DNA of 64,000 nucleotides from Octopus sinensis (taxonomy: Eukaryota): NCBI RefSeq assembly GCF_006345805.1, contig NC_042999.1, forward strand, positions 47,058,001 to 47,122,000, read 5' to 3'. The stretch's first letter is position 1. Each line of letters begins with the position of its first letter. The position numbers and the translations under genes are program-made. Under the pieces are notes generated by a model that made no database searches, was not told where the DNA came from, and saw only the letters and a list, made by a program, of their open reading frames with translations. Shown one piece after another: positions 41,517 through 54,800 of this stretch.

Positions 41517-41820
41517 AACGACTTTTCGTGCCAGGATAGTCACCAAACATCCTGAAACCAATGAGGATTGCCTGACTGTAAAACATATAAGCACTGACGA
41601 CGTCCCTCACTGGGTCCAAAAGAAAAGTCTTACCTTGCAGCAGCTTCTTTTGTCAGGCTAAACACTACCGGCTATATCTTTAGTGCACAACACACTGGCA
41701 CATGCGCACACTGACAACAAAGTCTCATGGGAAGTCTAAAAAACTCATGGGAAATATGCAGGCTACTTAGTAAGCGAGCTACTTACCACACAACCACTCC
41801 TACTCAAACGCACACATATA
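41517..41820 (-). repeat. Right arm of the ~305-bp inverted repeat
   Basis: See 39229-39533. Confidence 0.93.
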
Positions 41821-42149
41821 CTTGGTGCTTTGCAGTCGTGGCAAGAACAATGTCTTCTCTTGTCACCCTTGGTTATCAAGCAAGAATTTGTTCTTGGTGT
41901 CTAGCGTCTCAAACGCCATGACATCGTATGAATTTCAGCCAAGCATTCAGCACTATATTTCGAATGCATCCTCATAATACAGTCCTTAATTAAAAAATGC
42001 AGATAACTTGATCACAGATTAATAGGGAGGAAAGAAGCTTAAGTTAATTTCTTTTACGAATTCCATGGTCTTGAAAAGTCGTTAACTTCACTTGTTTGTT
42101 GTGAACTATATTTGGACATTGGGAACTTGCAATAATCTTGTCGCTTTGA

Positions 42150-42590
42150 AAAAGAATTTCATGAAAAAAGGCGATATATCTGACACTGCATATATATGGA
42201 CAGTGAGGAGAAGAAACCAATATGCTATTTTATTATGATTCGTTTTCGTGCTGTTTAATTATATTTGGTTAAAGATTTTAGACACAAATATTACTGAAAA
42301 TAAAACGGAAATAAAGCTGCTCGAGATATGTAAAAATTTTACCATCATGTTCTCAAGGATCTAGATAGACAACAAATAATAGCATAAGCAAGATGCTTGC
42401 TGATTTACAATAATAAAATAGATTTGGTTACCAACATACTATAATGCATTGTACTTTTTGAGATTGATAGACCAAGTTTATCAGAAATTTCGACAAAGGA
42501 TTCGCTTACTTTTACATGGTACAAGAATGTTTGAGGCTATATCAGCTTAATAACAGCCACTAATATCCAGTTATATGATTTACTGCTTAC
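42150..42590 (-). mobile_element. Highly decayed Penelope-like GIY-YIG endonuclease remnant
   Basis: PCKSKRILC, then CKS(frameshift)KHLAYAIICC and NFYIS, in the order expected for C..C / C.S.NLIY.I.C / YIG. Confidence 0.4.
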
Positions 42591-42592
42591 CA

Positions 42593-45270
42593 TTTGTCTA
42601 TTTTCGATGTTGGTTGTTTTATTACATTGTTTCATTCATAATTTTTGAGTGGTGTTCGTTTTGCCACGTGAATAACCGGGTGGTGGACTAGCGTTGCTTG
42701 GAATTGTGAATGGAATAGTGTAGTAGTGAGGTAGGCATAGAGAATGGGTTTGGGTTACTGCAAGTTGTTTGTTAGAGATGCTAAGGTGAGCTAAAGTTCA
42801 TAGATGTATATAATGATTTTTCATGGTAGTTTTTTAAAGAATCCATTCATAATAAATTTTTTTAAGTAGTGTTGGTTTGCCACGTGGATATAGTTTTTAG
42901 TTCCATTTTCCTATTTCTCCATTCATAATTTAAATGACGTTTACTTTCCATGGCGCGTATTCTTTTTTTACATAAGTTATTTCTATGGTAACGTAATTTT
43001 GCTTTGATTTTCTTAACGGCTAAGAATTTAATTTCACTTCATAATTTGACACTGAATTGTAAGTATGTATTTTATTTATCCTTATGTCATATTGTAATTT
43101 TTGATATTCTGGTTAATTACGATGTATTTAATGTTGTTTTCATAGGTGTGTTTATGTATATGAGATTGTGTGCGAGTTTTTAGTTGTTTAATTTATTTAT
43201 CTGTATGAGTGTGGGTGTGTAAATATTGTTGTATATATCGAGTTTAGTGAGTATGTATATGCGTATATGTGAGGGAGTATATGTATCTGTTGTGTGTGTG
43301 TGTTTTGCGTGTGTGTGTGTTTGTGTGTGAATGTGTATATGGGTTTGTTATTTAGGTTTTGGGATGTATGTGTTAATTTGTCTGTGTGGGAGGGAGTGGG
43401 TTTTGGTGTATATTGAGGTTTATAAGTTAGTATAGGTATGTGTATAAGTCGTGGGTCTGTGGTTTACGAGTGTGTATTTGTGTGTGAATGTTTAGGTTAG
43501 GGAGATTGCTATATAGGTTTGTTATAGAGTTTAGTAAAGGGAGATTTATCGTTATATGTTTTTAGGAGTTTTGGTTTATCATGGTTTTTTTAGGGAATTC
43601 GTGGTAATTTGTCTATTTTCGATGTTGGTTGTTTTATTACATTGTTTCATTCATAATTTTTGAGTGGTGTTCGTTTTGCCACGTGAATAACCAGGAGGTG
43701 GACTAGCGTTGTTTGGAATTGTGAATGGAATAGTGTAGTAGTGAGGTAGGCATAGAGAATGGGTTTGGGTTACTGCAAGTTGTTTGTTAGTCTTTTTTCA
43801 CATAAGTTATTTCTATGGTAACGTAATTTTGGTTTGATTTTTTAACGGCTAAGAATTTAATTTCACTTCATAATTTGACTTGAATTGTAAGTATGTATTT
43901 TATTTACCTTTATGTCATATTGTTATTTTTGATATTCTGGTTAATTACGATGTATTTAATGTTGTTTTCATAGGAGTGTTTATGTATATGAGATTGTGTG
44001 CGAGTTTTTAGTTGTATAATTTATTTATCTGTATGAGTGTGGGTGTGTAAATATTGTATATATTGAGTTTAGTGAGTATGTATATGCGTATATGTGAGGG
44101 AGTATATGTATTTGTTGTGTGTGTGTGTTTTGCGTGTGTGTGTGTTTGTGTGTGAATGTGTATATGAGTTTGTTATTTAGGTTTTGGGATGTATGAGTTA
44201 ATTTGTCTGTGTGGGAGGGTGTGGGTTTTGGTGTATATGGAGGTTTATAAGTTAGTTTAGGTATGTGTATAAGTCGTGGGTCTGTGGTTTACGTGTGTGT
44301 TTGTGTGTGAATGTTTAGGTTAGGGGGATTACTATATAGGTTTGTTATAGAGTTTAGCAAAGGGAGATTTTATCGTTATATGTTTTTTAAGAGTTTTGGT
44401 TATCATGGTTTTTTTAGGGAATTCGTAGTAATTTGTCTATTTTCGATGTTGGTTGTTTTATTATATTGTTTCATTCATAATTTTTGAGTGGTGTTCGTTT
44501 TGCCACGTGAATTTTATTTTTAATTCCATTTATTCCATTTCTCCATTCATTAATTTAGAGATGTTCGTTTCTAGAGCGGTTATACTTTTTATATATATGT
44601 TAAGTTCCTTGGTAAAGTAATTTTGTTTGGTGTATATGTTGAGGCTTATATGTACTTCTGGGTGTGTGTGAGTGGGGTGGGAGTTTGTATTTGTTATGGG
44701 TGTGTGGTTTACGAGTGGTTTTGTGTGTGAATGTATAGGTTAAAGGAATTGCTATATAAGTATGTTTTAGTGTTTAGTAAAGGGAGGTTTTATCATTTCT
44801 GTTTTGTGAGTTTTAGCTTATCATGGTAGTTTTATAAAAGAATCCATTCATAATTTTTGTGTTTATTTGTCTGTGTGGAGTTGAGTGGGTTTTTGGAGTA
44901 TATGTTGAGGTTTATATGTATGTATTGGTATGTGTAAGTGGTGTGGGTATTTGTATATGTCGTGAGTGTGTGGTTTACGAGTGTGTATTTGTGTGTGAAT
45001 GTTTAGGTTAGGGGGATTGCTATATAGGTTTGTTATAGAGTTTAGTAAAGGGAGATTTTATCATTATATGTTTTTATGAGTTTTGGTTATCATGGTAGGT
45101 TTGATAAGGAATTTGTAGTAATTTGTGTCTATTTGCGATGTCTGTTGTTTTATTGCATTGTTTCATTCATAATTTTTAAGTAGTGTTCTTTTTACCAAGT
45201 GAATATAATTTTTAATTCCATTTATTCCATTTCTCCGTTCATAGTTTTGAGTGATGTCCGTTTTCTAGAG
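42593..45270. repeat. Strand-skewed (G/T-rich plus strand) higher-order tandem array
   Basis: Anchor gtctatttt/gcgatg at 42596, 43611, 44435 and 45127 (periods 1015, 824, 692); long near-identical blocks; only 9 C in 43201-43500 by manual count. Confidence 0.92.
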
Positions 45271-45730
45271 CGTGAATGTGGGTTGTTTGTGTGTGTGTGT
45301 GTGTGGGAGTATGAATAAGTATTGTGTTGAAGTATTTAGCTATTTTATTTATTTATAGTTGCCTAGACTTTTTTATGTGTATGTATAGGGATATATATAT
45401 AGGTGTGTGATTTAGTGTATGTAGCTAGATATGGTTATATATAATTAGGTATATGCGTATGGGTGTATATATAGTGTATTATTATATTATTATTATTTTT
45501 TTTTTGTTTTGTTTTATATTTTATATTTTATATTTTATATTTTATATTTTATATTTTATATTTAATTGTTGATAGGTTTTTTTAGTTTATATATTGTTTA
45601 TATATTGTTTATATATGGATTATAGATAGGTTATATATGGATTATATACTTATATTTTTTCATTCATACTTTAATTATTTTAAAATTATTATTTTTATAT
45701 TTTAAAATATTGATTTTTTAGATTGGAAGT

Positions 45731-45773
45731 CCACCTGAAGATTGTCGATCAAGACAAGAAACGATTGTAGTGG
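45731..45773 (+). ncRNA. Minimal type I hammerhead ribozyme with intact core in a PLE pseudo-LTR-like segment (about 45590-45865)
   Basis: CCAC CUGAAGA UUGUC-GAUCAA-GACAA GAAAC GAUU GUA GUGG: stem I 4 bp, stem II 5 bp, stem III AC/GU with GAUU loop; predicted cleavage after A45769. Confidence 0.82.
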
Positions 45774-45860
45774 CGGTTTTTTTGACTATTTATTAAAATT
45801 TTATGTATTGATTAAGTCTTTCCTTGTTTGTTTTGCAAAATAGTGGTTTTGTCTCGAATA

Positions 45861-45891
<31 letters not shown>

Positions 45892-45929
45892 GGTTGGCCA
45901 AATGTCACCTGGCAGTAAATCATTTTGTT

Positions 45930-46340
45930 TGATGCCGGCTGTTCCTGCAGAGTTAAAATTTTGTGCCCTCTAAATGGAGCTTGTAAGACCGCGGCCATCA
46001 TTTATAAATCCACCGTAGTATCTACAATCACCAAGGATATAGATTCGTCTCAACAATAAGACCTTAAGCTTCAGGCACTGGGATAAAAGGAAAACAACCA
46101 AACTATACAGTTACATATGGTTCTTAAAAAAAATGTGGGAGCTATAAGATTCACTGGAAGATCTTCGCTAAGTGTAAGCCTTACACCAACGGCAGTGGAA
46201 AGTGCGGTCTTTGCTATATGGAAAGATGGCTCACCTGGAAAAGCACTTTAGACAACGCTACATGTCTAAATTAAAGAACTGAACTTTCTGTGTTATGTCC
46301 ACATATGACAAAACATTTGCTACGTTTTAGGACCACCCAA
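45930..46340 (+). mobile_element. Penelope-like element GIY-YIG endonuclease C-terminal fragment
   Basis: CRVKILCPLNGACKTAAIIYKSTV, NKTLSFRH..KRKTTKLYSYIWFLK, IHWKIFAKCKPY..GSGKCGLCYMER and LN*RTEL..LCPH..KHLL, with an internal deletion. Confidence 0.8.
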
Positions 46341-47401
46341 GATCACAGACAGGACCTGCTTTTTATAATATGTCCACCTTCAAGCTTTTCATGTCTTTAA
46401 CATCTCTTATATATATTTTTATAGCTTTTTATATTTTTTTCTGTATCTTATTTTTTACCCTTTATAATTGTGTGACTTATACGTGTGTAGTATATACCTG
46501 ATGTGTAGTTGCGTGCATATATACATATGTACGAATGATTGTATATATATACGAGTGCAAGACTCTACCTATTGTACTTGTCTCTTTCTTCATACATATA
46601 TGTATATATGTATATTCGTTTATATATCTGAGGGTGTAGACGTGTTTGACAGACAGGCGAATGTATTTGTGTATATACATATATAACACATTTGTATATT
46701 CAACTTTGCTGTGAATGTGAATGTTTTCCGTATGTGCTTTTATTTGTGTATACGTCTAACCGCGCATGTATGTGCATGTACATATAAACTACGTATTGTA
46801 TATATGTGTGTGTGCGTGTAGAGATGTGTATATGAACGTAGTGGTGCATGCGTTTTTGCATATGTGTTTTTTTTATTTATATATACGTCTTTCTGCGTAT
46901 GTATAAGCAATTGCATATAAACAAAGTATTGTATATCCGCGCATATATGTGTGTGTGTGCGTGTAGAGATGTGTATATAAACGTAGTGGTGCGTGCATGT
47001 GTATATATGTGTGTGTATGCGTAGACATATATATGTATATATGTGTGTTTGTATGTATATGTACATGCGTGTGAATATGTATATCGATATATATACATGC
47101 ATGTATGTGTATGCGTACGTGTATGTGTGTGTATATGTGTGCATAGGCGGATTCTATGAACGAAGTATTACTTTCCCCATACCTATTGGAGTATTTCCCT
47201 TTATCAACATTTTTATTTCTTTCATAGCGTTTATCTTAATAACTGATGAGATGCTGGAACAGGCTTCAGCCCCAGCATCTGTTTTATTATGACAACCAAC
47301 TAATTGTCACAAATTATATTTATAGATAAATTCGTCTATTTTATATAATATCAAGGTCTCATTCATTCTTTTGCTGTCATATTATTATTTTTCATATATA
47401 C

Positions 47402-47482
<81 letters not shown>

Positions 47483-47484
<2 letters not shown>

Positions 47485-47880
47485 CGCAGGAGTGGCTGTG
47501 TGGTAAGTAGCTTGCATACCAACCACATGGTTCCGGGTTCAGTCCCACTGCGTGCCACCTTGGGCAAGTGTCTTCTACTATAGCCTCGGGCCGACCAAAG
47601 CCTTGTGAGTGGATTTAGTAGACTGAAACTGAATGAAGCCCGTCGTATATATGTATATATATATGTGTGTGCGTGTGTGTTTGTGCGTCTGTGTTTGTCC
47701 CACTAGCATTGCTTGACAACCGATGCTGGTGCGTTTTTGTCTCCCTCACGTAGGGGTTCGGCAAAAGAGACCGATAGAATAAGTACTGGGCTTACAAAGA
47801 ATAAGTCCCTGGGTCGAGTTGCTCGACTAAAGGCGGTGCTCCAGCATGGCCGCAGTCAAATGACTGAAACAAGTAAAAGA
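47483..47880 (+). mobile_element. Complete S2 SINE
   Basis: Head ggcgcaggagtggctgtgtggtaag, B-box gggttcagtccc, microsatellite linker, tail ending gactgaaacaagtaaaaga. Confidence 0.92.
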
Positions 47881-47896
47881 AAGAGAGAGAAAGAGA

Positions 47897-47932
<36 letters not shown>

Positions 47933-49379
47933 TAATATGTATTCATTTAAGGACTATGTGCGTACGTATGTGTGTACGTATGTTCATAGGTATGTGTGAA
48001 TTGTGAATGAGTGGATAAGTGGATATTGCAAATATAAAGATTGAAAATTATAGCAGTAGTAAGACACAAGCAAAAACGTTAATGAAAAGGATTGGTACGC
48101 GCACAAATTCACATACGTAGGCTCATGTATGCAACTGTGTGGCTTCACTCATGTAATTTTCATGGTGTTTATTTATTTTGCAATATACCACATGTGAAAA
48201 TGAGCGAGATAAACGAATAATTAGATATCATTGATATCACGTCAAGTAAAACATATGATGTGACTGAAATATTTTATTTTAATTCGGGTTTATATTAAAA
48301 CAAGTTATTATCCATCAGTTTAAAAGCAATATTTATGTAACACAAATGCTCTCGTATTGTTTCTTTACACCCCAAACTCTTAAAGTAGACAATGTCACAA
48401 AATTTTATAATCATTTTTCTTTCATTTCCCTTATTACACATACATTTATCAATATGATTTTGATATATTTAAAACAAATTTACAGGACGATTCAATGGTG
48501 TGTTCTCAAAAAATATTTAAAATATTGAAATTAAAGAGCAAATAACGTGATGAAGATGATAAAGGCGACGATAATCACCGTTTTGTAGCCGATGTTGTGT
48601 CATTTATTCCTATTGTGTGATAAGAACACGTTTGTAAGAGATGAATTTTGATAAATTCATTTGCTATGTATATGCAAAAATAGATATAGACAAATATGGA
48701 ATTGATGTTAAATTAATATTCAATTTATCATCCTCATAATTTAAATTTATATATATATATACATATATATGTGTGTGTATATGTATATATGTATTTGCGT
48801 ATGTATATATATATGCATGTATATATATATATATATATATGTATGTATATATGCACAAATAGGTGTACACATACACATATAGTCATAAATACACACACAC
48901 ATATCTTCTTTCACTTGTTCCACTTCTCATACCGGGTGGGGGTAACCTTAAAATGTATAATTGAACAAGTCAACACCGGTAGCCATTGCTTTAAAACTGA
49001 GTACTCGCTGTGGCAGTTTGGCTTGCGTAACCACTAAGTTGGTGACATAGACAAAGGAAAACCGGTTCTCGAGTGGTGTGATGTGGATTAAACAAAAAAC
49101 ATATACATTAATACTTAACGATTGACATAAATTGAGTCTCTTAATCTCACAGCCGTATCTCCAAAATTATTTACATACACACACCCACACATTCGCACAC
49201 ACACACTCACTTATTCTTTATTTTTGCTCGCTGTGTTAGCAACAGTGTTGGTTGAAGCCTTCAGTGTGTCCCATGTTTTTACTCTCATATCACTTTCTTG
49301 GTGATAGCAAGTGTAGTATTTAAATTTGCGCCTAGCGGTGTGTCTTAATTTCTCCATTAGTGTAACACTAATGAAAGCA

Positions 49380-49900
49380 CCAATCACTAAATGGAGAGTG
49401 TAACCAGATAATCCCCTGATATATCAGTGTCCATATCTAAAATACTAGACACCGAAACAACTCAGTCTTCCATATCACCTTAGATGTCTCAGGCGATTAA
49501 GATCTTACTGAATTAAACAGCAGTATAGCCCTTTTACAATGGCAGATGATACGTTGGATTTTATTATGAAGTTCTGCAGTACACCAGAGAATACACGACG
49601 TGAAACGGAATTGACTTCGCCAAGCTGATTGGTAGTTGAAGACGGTATCTTTGGAGGTAAATCAATTAACCAAGACTGTAGTAACCCCATGGATTTGCGC
49701 ATGTTGCTTGAAATTTGATAAAGATGATCGAATGTTTTCTTGCATTAACAATCTCAACTCTATTAAAGGCAACCTAGCAGTAAACATCCCATGGTATCTA
49801 GTCACGACTACTACCTCTTCTCATAATAGCTTATCACAAAAATCAAATATTTTTTCCAGTGTAGTTTTCCTTGTAAAGAAGCTACACTAATTTTATAATG
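49380..49900 (-). mobile_element. Very old CR1/L2-like reverse transcriptase remnant
   Basis: Scattered motifs in the expected order: VAFNRV, HGV..LVN*FTS, SGVLQ, IQ*DLNRL. Confidence 0.35.
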
Positions 49901-50754
49901 ATTTAGCCACTATTTCTTGCAGTCAAAAGAGTCACAGAGCGGCACTGCCACTGGCGTGCGAAACCTCTGTCTAGAAATGTATTGTGCATGTACAAAAACC
50001 TGACAATTGCAATTTATCTTTCCACATTTGATAAAAACGCTATAAATCAAATAATTTGGTCGATATCATTAGCGTATTCATTTCTAAAATATAACGTGCT
50101 AGTGCTACTTCGGCATAAATCATCAAATGATTAATTCATTATTATTGGCATAATTTGCAAGAGATGTGAAACCTATCGTGTGCAGTAAAAATAGTAATGT
50201 GTGAGAGATCGAGAAACTTTGTACTCTATGCACAGACACGCTACTTAAAAACGGAATATTTCTAAGGTTATCATATAGATAAACATGATTGCTTATATAA
50301 TGTAACCAATCAATTATTAATAATAACCTTAATCGTTTGTAGGATTTTTCACAATTTCCTCCTTAATCTCCCTGTAATCTAATTTATTTGGCAGCCTCAT
50401 TTAACCCTAATAGCATGTATGTTCATGGTTTTATTCTTCAATTACGAAGTCTAGTCCGATATTCTCTTTTCCAAGCAAGTTGCATTTTCCTACACAGCAT
50501 TTGGTATCTTTCTATATTCCGATTGTCATTCTCATGTGTTGGCTGATTTTATGAATTACACTTAACTAGCTGCTTATTGCATCTTGCATATGTATATATT
50601 CTAATCATCCAATAAAGATACGGTTACATAGCTTCTTTGTAACATCTGTACAAAATTGAACATTCTTTTATAACATTTGTTAATTAAGTCAGAATTAGAC
50701 ATAAGTGTACATGGGTAAACCTATATTTGAGCAAGTTTCTTTTTCTTCTTTTTT

Positions 50755-51200
50755 TCTTTCTACTCGTTTCAGTCATCTGACTGTGGTCATGCTGGGGCAT
50801 CTCCTGGAAGAGTTTTACTTGAATAAAGTGAGTGAGGGAAATGTTTAAAGCCTAGTATCTATTTTATCGGTCACTTTTGTCGAACCACTAATTTACAGGG
50901 AGTATAAACCCGTCGCCACCGTTGTCAAGCGCGGATTGGCGGAGGGAGATAACACATGCACACACACACACTCACATATATATATGTTACTGTGTGTATG
51001 TCTGACCCTTCCCACAATCGCTTGACAACTGTTGCAGGTGTGTTTATGTTTCCGTAACTTAGTAGTTCAGCAAAAAAAACAATGATTGGATAAGTATAAG
51101 GTTTACAAAGAATAAGTCTTTGAGGTCTATTTGTTCGACTAAAGGTGATGCTCCGGCATGGCCGCACTCAAATGACTAAAACCAGTAAAAGAATAAATAC
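50755..51200. mobile_element. Two S2 tail halves in inverted orientation around a shared (CA)/(TA) linker
   Basis: 50755-50955 is the reverse complement of an S2 tail and 50990-51200 is a forward S2 tail. Confidence 0.75.
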
Positions 51201-51249
51201 ATATACGTGTATGTATCCTTCTCTTTCTCTCTCTCTGTATATATATATA

Positions 51250-51470
51250 TATGTATATAAAGGGAAAGTTTACGAAAATAAACAAAAGACGAAGGCAGGT
51301 GGTGTACAAACAAACAAACGTATTAGTATAGCGCTCAGGAATAGAAAAAGTCTGTTACGTTTCGAGCCTACGCTATTCTACAGAAAGACATACAGAAAAA
51401 AAAACAAGGAGAGAAACAAGGAGAGAAAAAATGTGTGTAGTAGCTAACGATGTCAGCATTAGATATATGC
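51250..51470 (-). mobile_element. Hammerhead family B copy 2 (motif 51350-51389)
   Basis: GUCUUU CUGUAGA A UAGC-GUAG-GCUC GAAAC GUA ACAGAC, then ttcctgagcgc. Confidence 0.65.
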
Positions 51471-51499
51471 ATATCATCATCGGCATTCAGGATCCTATT

Positions 51500-51880
51500 G
51501 AATCATTATCAACATGCCGTTCATGATAGAATTATTGCTGCTGTTTTTGTTGTTGACGATAATAATGATGAAGGGGAAGGGGAAGAGGAAAGACATAATT
51601 AGGATAGGCACTACGGTATTAACAATCATTTATACTTCTACCATCATCGTGAACATGTTGATCAGCATGATAAATACTATTATCAACAAGTTCCTGCTCT
51701 ACAACATCGTCGTCATCACCATTATCTATTCATCATCACCAATACCACAATTTCCACCAGCACCATTGTTACCGCAACCACATAACCAACACCACTGCCA
51801 CCGCCATGAAAACTGTCATCATTACTATTCACATCCTTGTCTACGTCGTTGTCATCATCATCAGTATTAATTATGAAAGC
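51500..51880. repeat. Cryptic trinucleotide low-complexity region (CAT/CAC/AAT)
   Basis: Direct reading. Confidence 0.7.
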
Positions 51881-54800
51881 TAATAATAAAATCACAAGAC
51901 CATCTCTCAGTTGGTGTAACTTCCACGTCACGGTTCTTATGTTGACGTACAGCAGTGATGGATAATTAGGCGATTCCTCATTGTTTATCGACAAACTGCT
52001 AACTGTCAACAATATTGAGCAGTAGGTGTGAAGATAAACAAATTAGAATGTTGCAGAATGAGATAAGCAACATATATTGGCATCAACAGCCACAGTATCA
52101 GTAACTCCACCTCAAACACTCTACATTGCAACCAGCCTCACCATCTCCACTACTGAGCGAGCGAGAGAAAAATTCCAATAGTATACATTCAGTCGCTATC
52201 ACTATTATTACCATTATCATCCACCATTTCCACTGCCAAACTCACCGCCAATACCTCCTAAATAAGCGCTACGGAAATAGAATTTTTTTGTTAGAAGATA
52301 AACAAGTCTATTTTTCCTCCATTTCTGCAGAAACTTGCTTGTCAGCAATTTTACTGCAACCACTATCGCAAGTATATATAGCAAGTGTATATATATATAT
52401 ATATATTGTTCGTGATGTTATTTAGTATATATATATATATACTAAATAACATCACCAACAATTTCCCCGTAGAGAACACCACCATCCTCTCAACTTCTGC
52501 TGCCAAGTCCATTATATCTTTGCAAACAGCTTCATTGCACAGCGATTAACAAACGAAAAAAGTAGCATAATTTTTATGTAGTTGATAGTCTTAGTGTCAG
52601 TACTGATTACATATCTAGGCCGGTGCAGCCACCATTAAACACACATATTTTGGATCACATCCTTCAATCTGGATAGCAAAGCCTAAAATCCTATTATCAA
52701 ATTGATTGGTGAATTTTGTAAGTCTATAAGAACCAGTGTATTTATGGACCAATTTCTTAGCTTTTGTTTTCCACAGTGTCTATATTTGCCTTTCGTTGTT
52801 TTCTGAAATCTCAAATTTTCTGCTTTTCTCTATATATTTTGGTCTCTGGGCTATTGCTTCTCAAGTAAGGGCAGTAACTAAAGTCCTCAAAGTTGCTAAA
52901 AATCCAAAGAACTCATCACGTCTCTTTAGATTTAAAATTAAGTAGTCATACTAGCAATCAATTATTTGTATGGTGCGACACTTAGTGGTGGGTGTTACGT
53001 ACTTCTAACGAGAAAAAATAAACTTCTAATTAGTAAATGTTAAACAACGAATGTCCAGCAGAAGAATTATTATCTTCGTAAAAGAATATTTCTAATGGTC
53101 ACACTTTAATACGCGAATCTCCATTATTGCTAACAAAGGGCTTCCGACATCAAAACGTTTCGGTTCAAAAACTTATTTAAGTGTGGTCCATCAGTTATAC
53201 AGTTTCTAAATTTTACTCAAGTTGTTTGGAATATGTCATAACAATACCCAAGCAGCAAAAAAAATGTTATCGATATAAACTAAAGGACGTTCATAAGAGA
53301 ACTACCAATTACATCGTAATAATTAGCAGTTGTAGCTTCCAAATGATTATATATGTATCACTTTTCGACTAGGTAACCGCGGTAGGGATTCGCTGGAATT
53401 CTTTAGCACACAATCCAAATTAGTCAGTCAAGGACGTATGTATTTGTCAATCAACAGTAACATGTGCCCGGATATGTATAAATAGAAAAGAAGTGAGATG
53501 AAACTGAATAGAAAAGTGATAAATAGTATATTATACCTTGTACTATTGTAGGAATAGCAATAGTATATCACACCTGACGTTGTCAGTTTCTTCTGAGTAT
53601 CTTTGTAGAAAAGTGTGGACAGCGGTTGAATGACAGTTAAGTCGAAACGACATGTAGACGACTGGAGTAACAGTGAACATATATTTAGATATTCCTATGT
53701 GATATCAATAGTACATATCCGCATGAGGGATATAGTCATTGAGTATGCAAAGGTAAGGTCATGAAGCTTCATATGTAAGACATAAGGCTGAGCTAGTTCA
53801 CGTGTTTCATCTAAAGGCTATTTATTCCATGATCTCCTAGTTACATATTAAATAGTTTCTTTAACACCATCGATTGCAGCTCAGGTGCTAGGTGAATAAT
53901 CATTGTCTTTGATTCCAGTCCGAATCACGTAAGACTAGGAAGATAAAGATCTCACCCAGTTCAAAGTAAAAGCACTGCTGGTAATCCTATCCATTTATTT
54001 TCGCCGACACGGGAAATTAAATGAGGAAAATACAAGTTAAACTGCTATGCATACTGGAAAATTAAATATTAAGGCAAGAAAAGGCATCAAGAATAAGAAT
54101 ATATGAACAACGTCCATGGTGAATCCACCGTGCCCCAAAGCATTTCGTCCTTCTAAGAGTACTAAACGAATAATTGGTGAATGTGATGAATATCTGAGAA
54201 CATTCGAAGAAAGAAACAGAGTAAACTTGTGAAATACTTCTGTAGCTGCTACTTCATGCTCTTGCTTCTTGCGGTTGGGGTCATACCAGTCATACCAGAT
54301 CCTAGAGACATCATCATGCGTAGATTCGACCAATGTCAATTGAATCATCAGCATCTACAGCGGCCACATTATACCGCATGATATACGAAGACTTTTAAAG
54401 AATTTCCGGAAAAAAAAAACAAAACAATAAATGATACTTTTTTGAGAATCAACAAAAGTGACATAAAAATAAATAGGGACCCGAATAGAAAATGTGCATC
54501 ATCCAGTTAGATCCGTCAGTAAAGAAATCTATATTCATAAATCCCACAACAAAAGTAACCCCCTATGAAATATATTACTCGCCTCATATGTGATATATAT
54601 TCAAGTGCAATGCGTGGGTTTAAGGGGACGACTAAACTTTTTCGTGTGTATATGTAATTTTTTTTGTGGCTGATATAACAGTTTTCTGATGTGTAGTATA
54701 TACATCCCGTTGGATATAATATTTTTCGTTTTTGCGAAGAATATAAGGATTAAATTTAAATGCGACAACAAATTGTACCAATTACATAATCAGATGGCCA

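Noticed and set aside
42593-45720. Mitochondrial insertion or interstitial telomere
   Set aside because: No mitochondrial ORF, tRNA or rRNA recognisable; TTAGGG occurs only singly per unit, not in tandem.
47243-47280. CTGATGA overlapping a perfect 9-bp hairpin
   Set aside because: Lacks the GAAA half of the hammerhead core; a single hairpin of unknown origin.
54037-54354. 105-aa minus-strand ORF
   Set aside because: No recognisable domain or splice context; consistent with chance.
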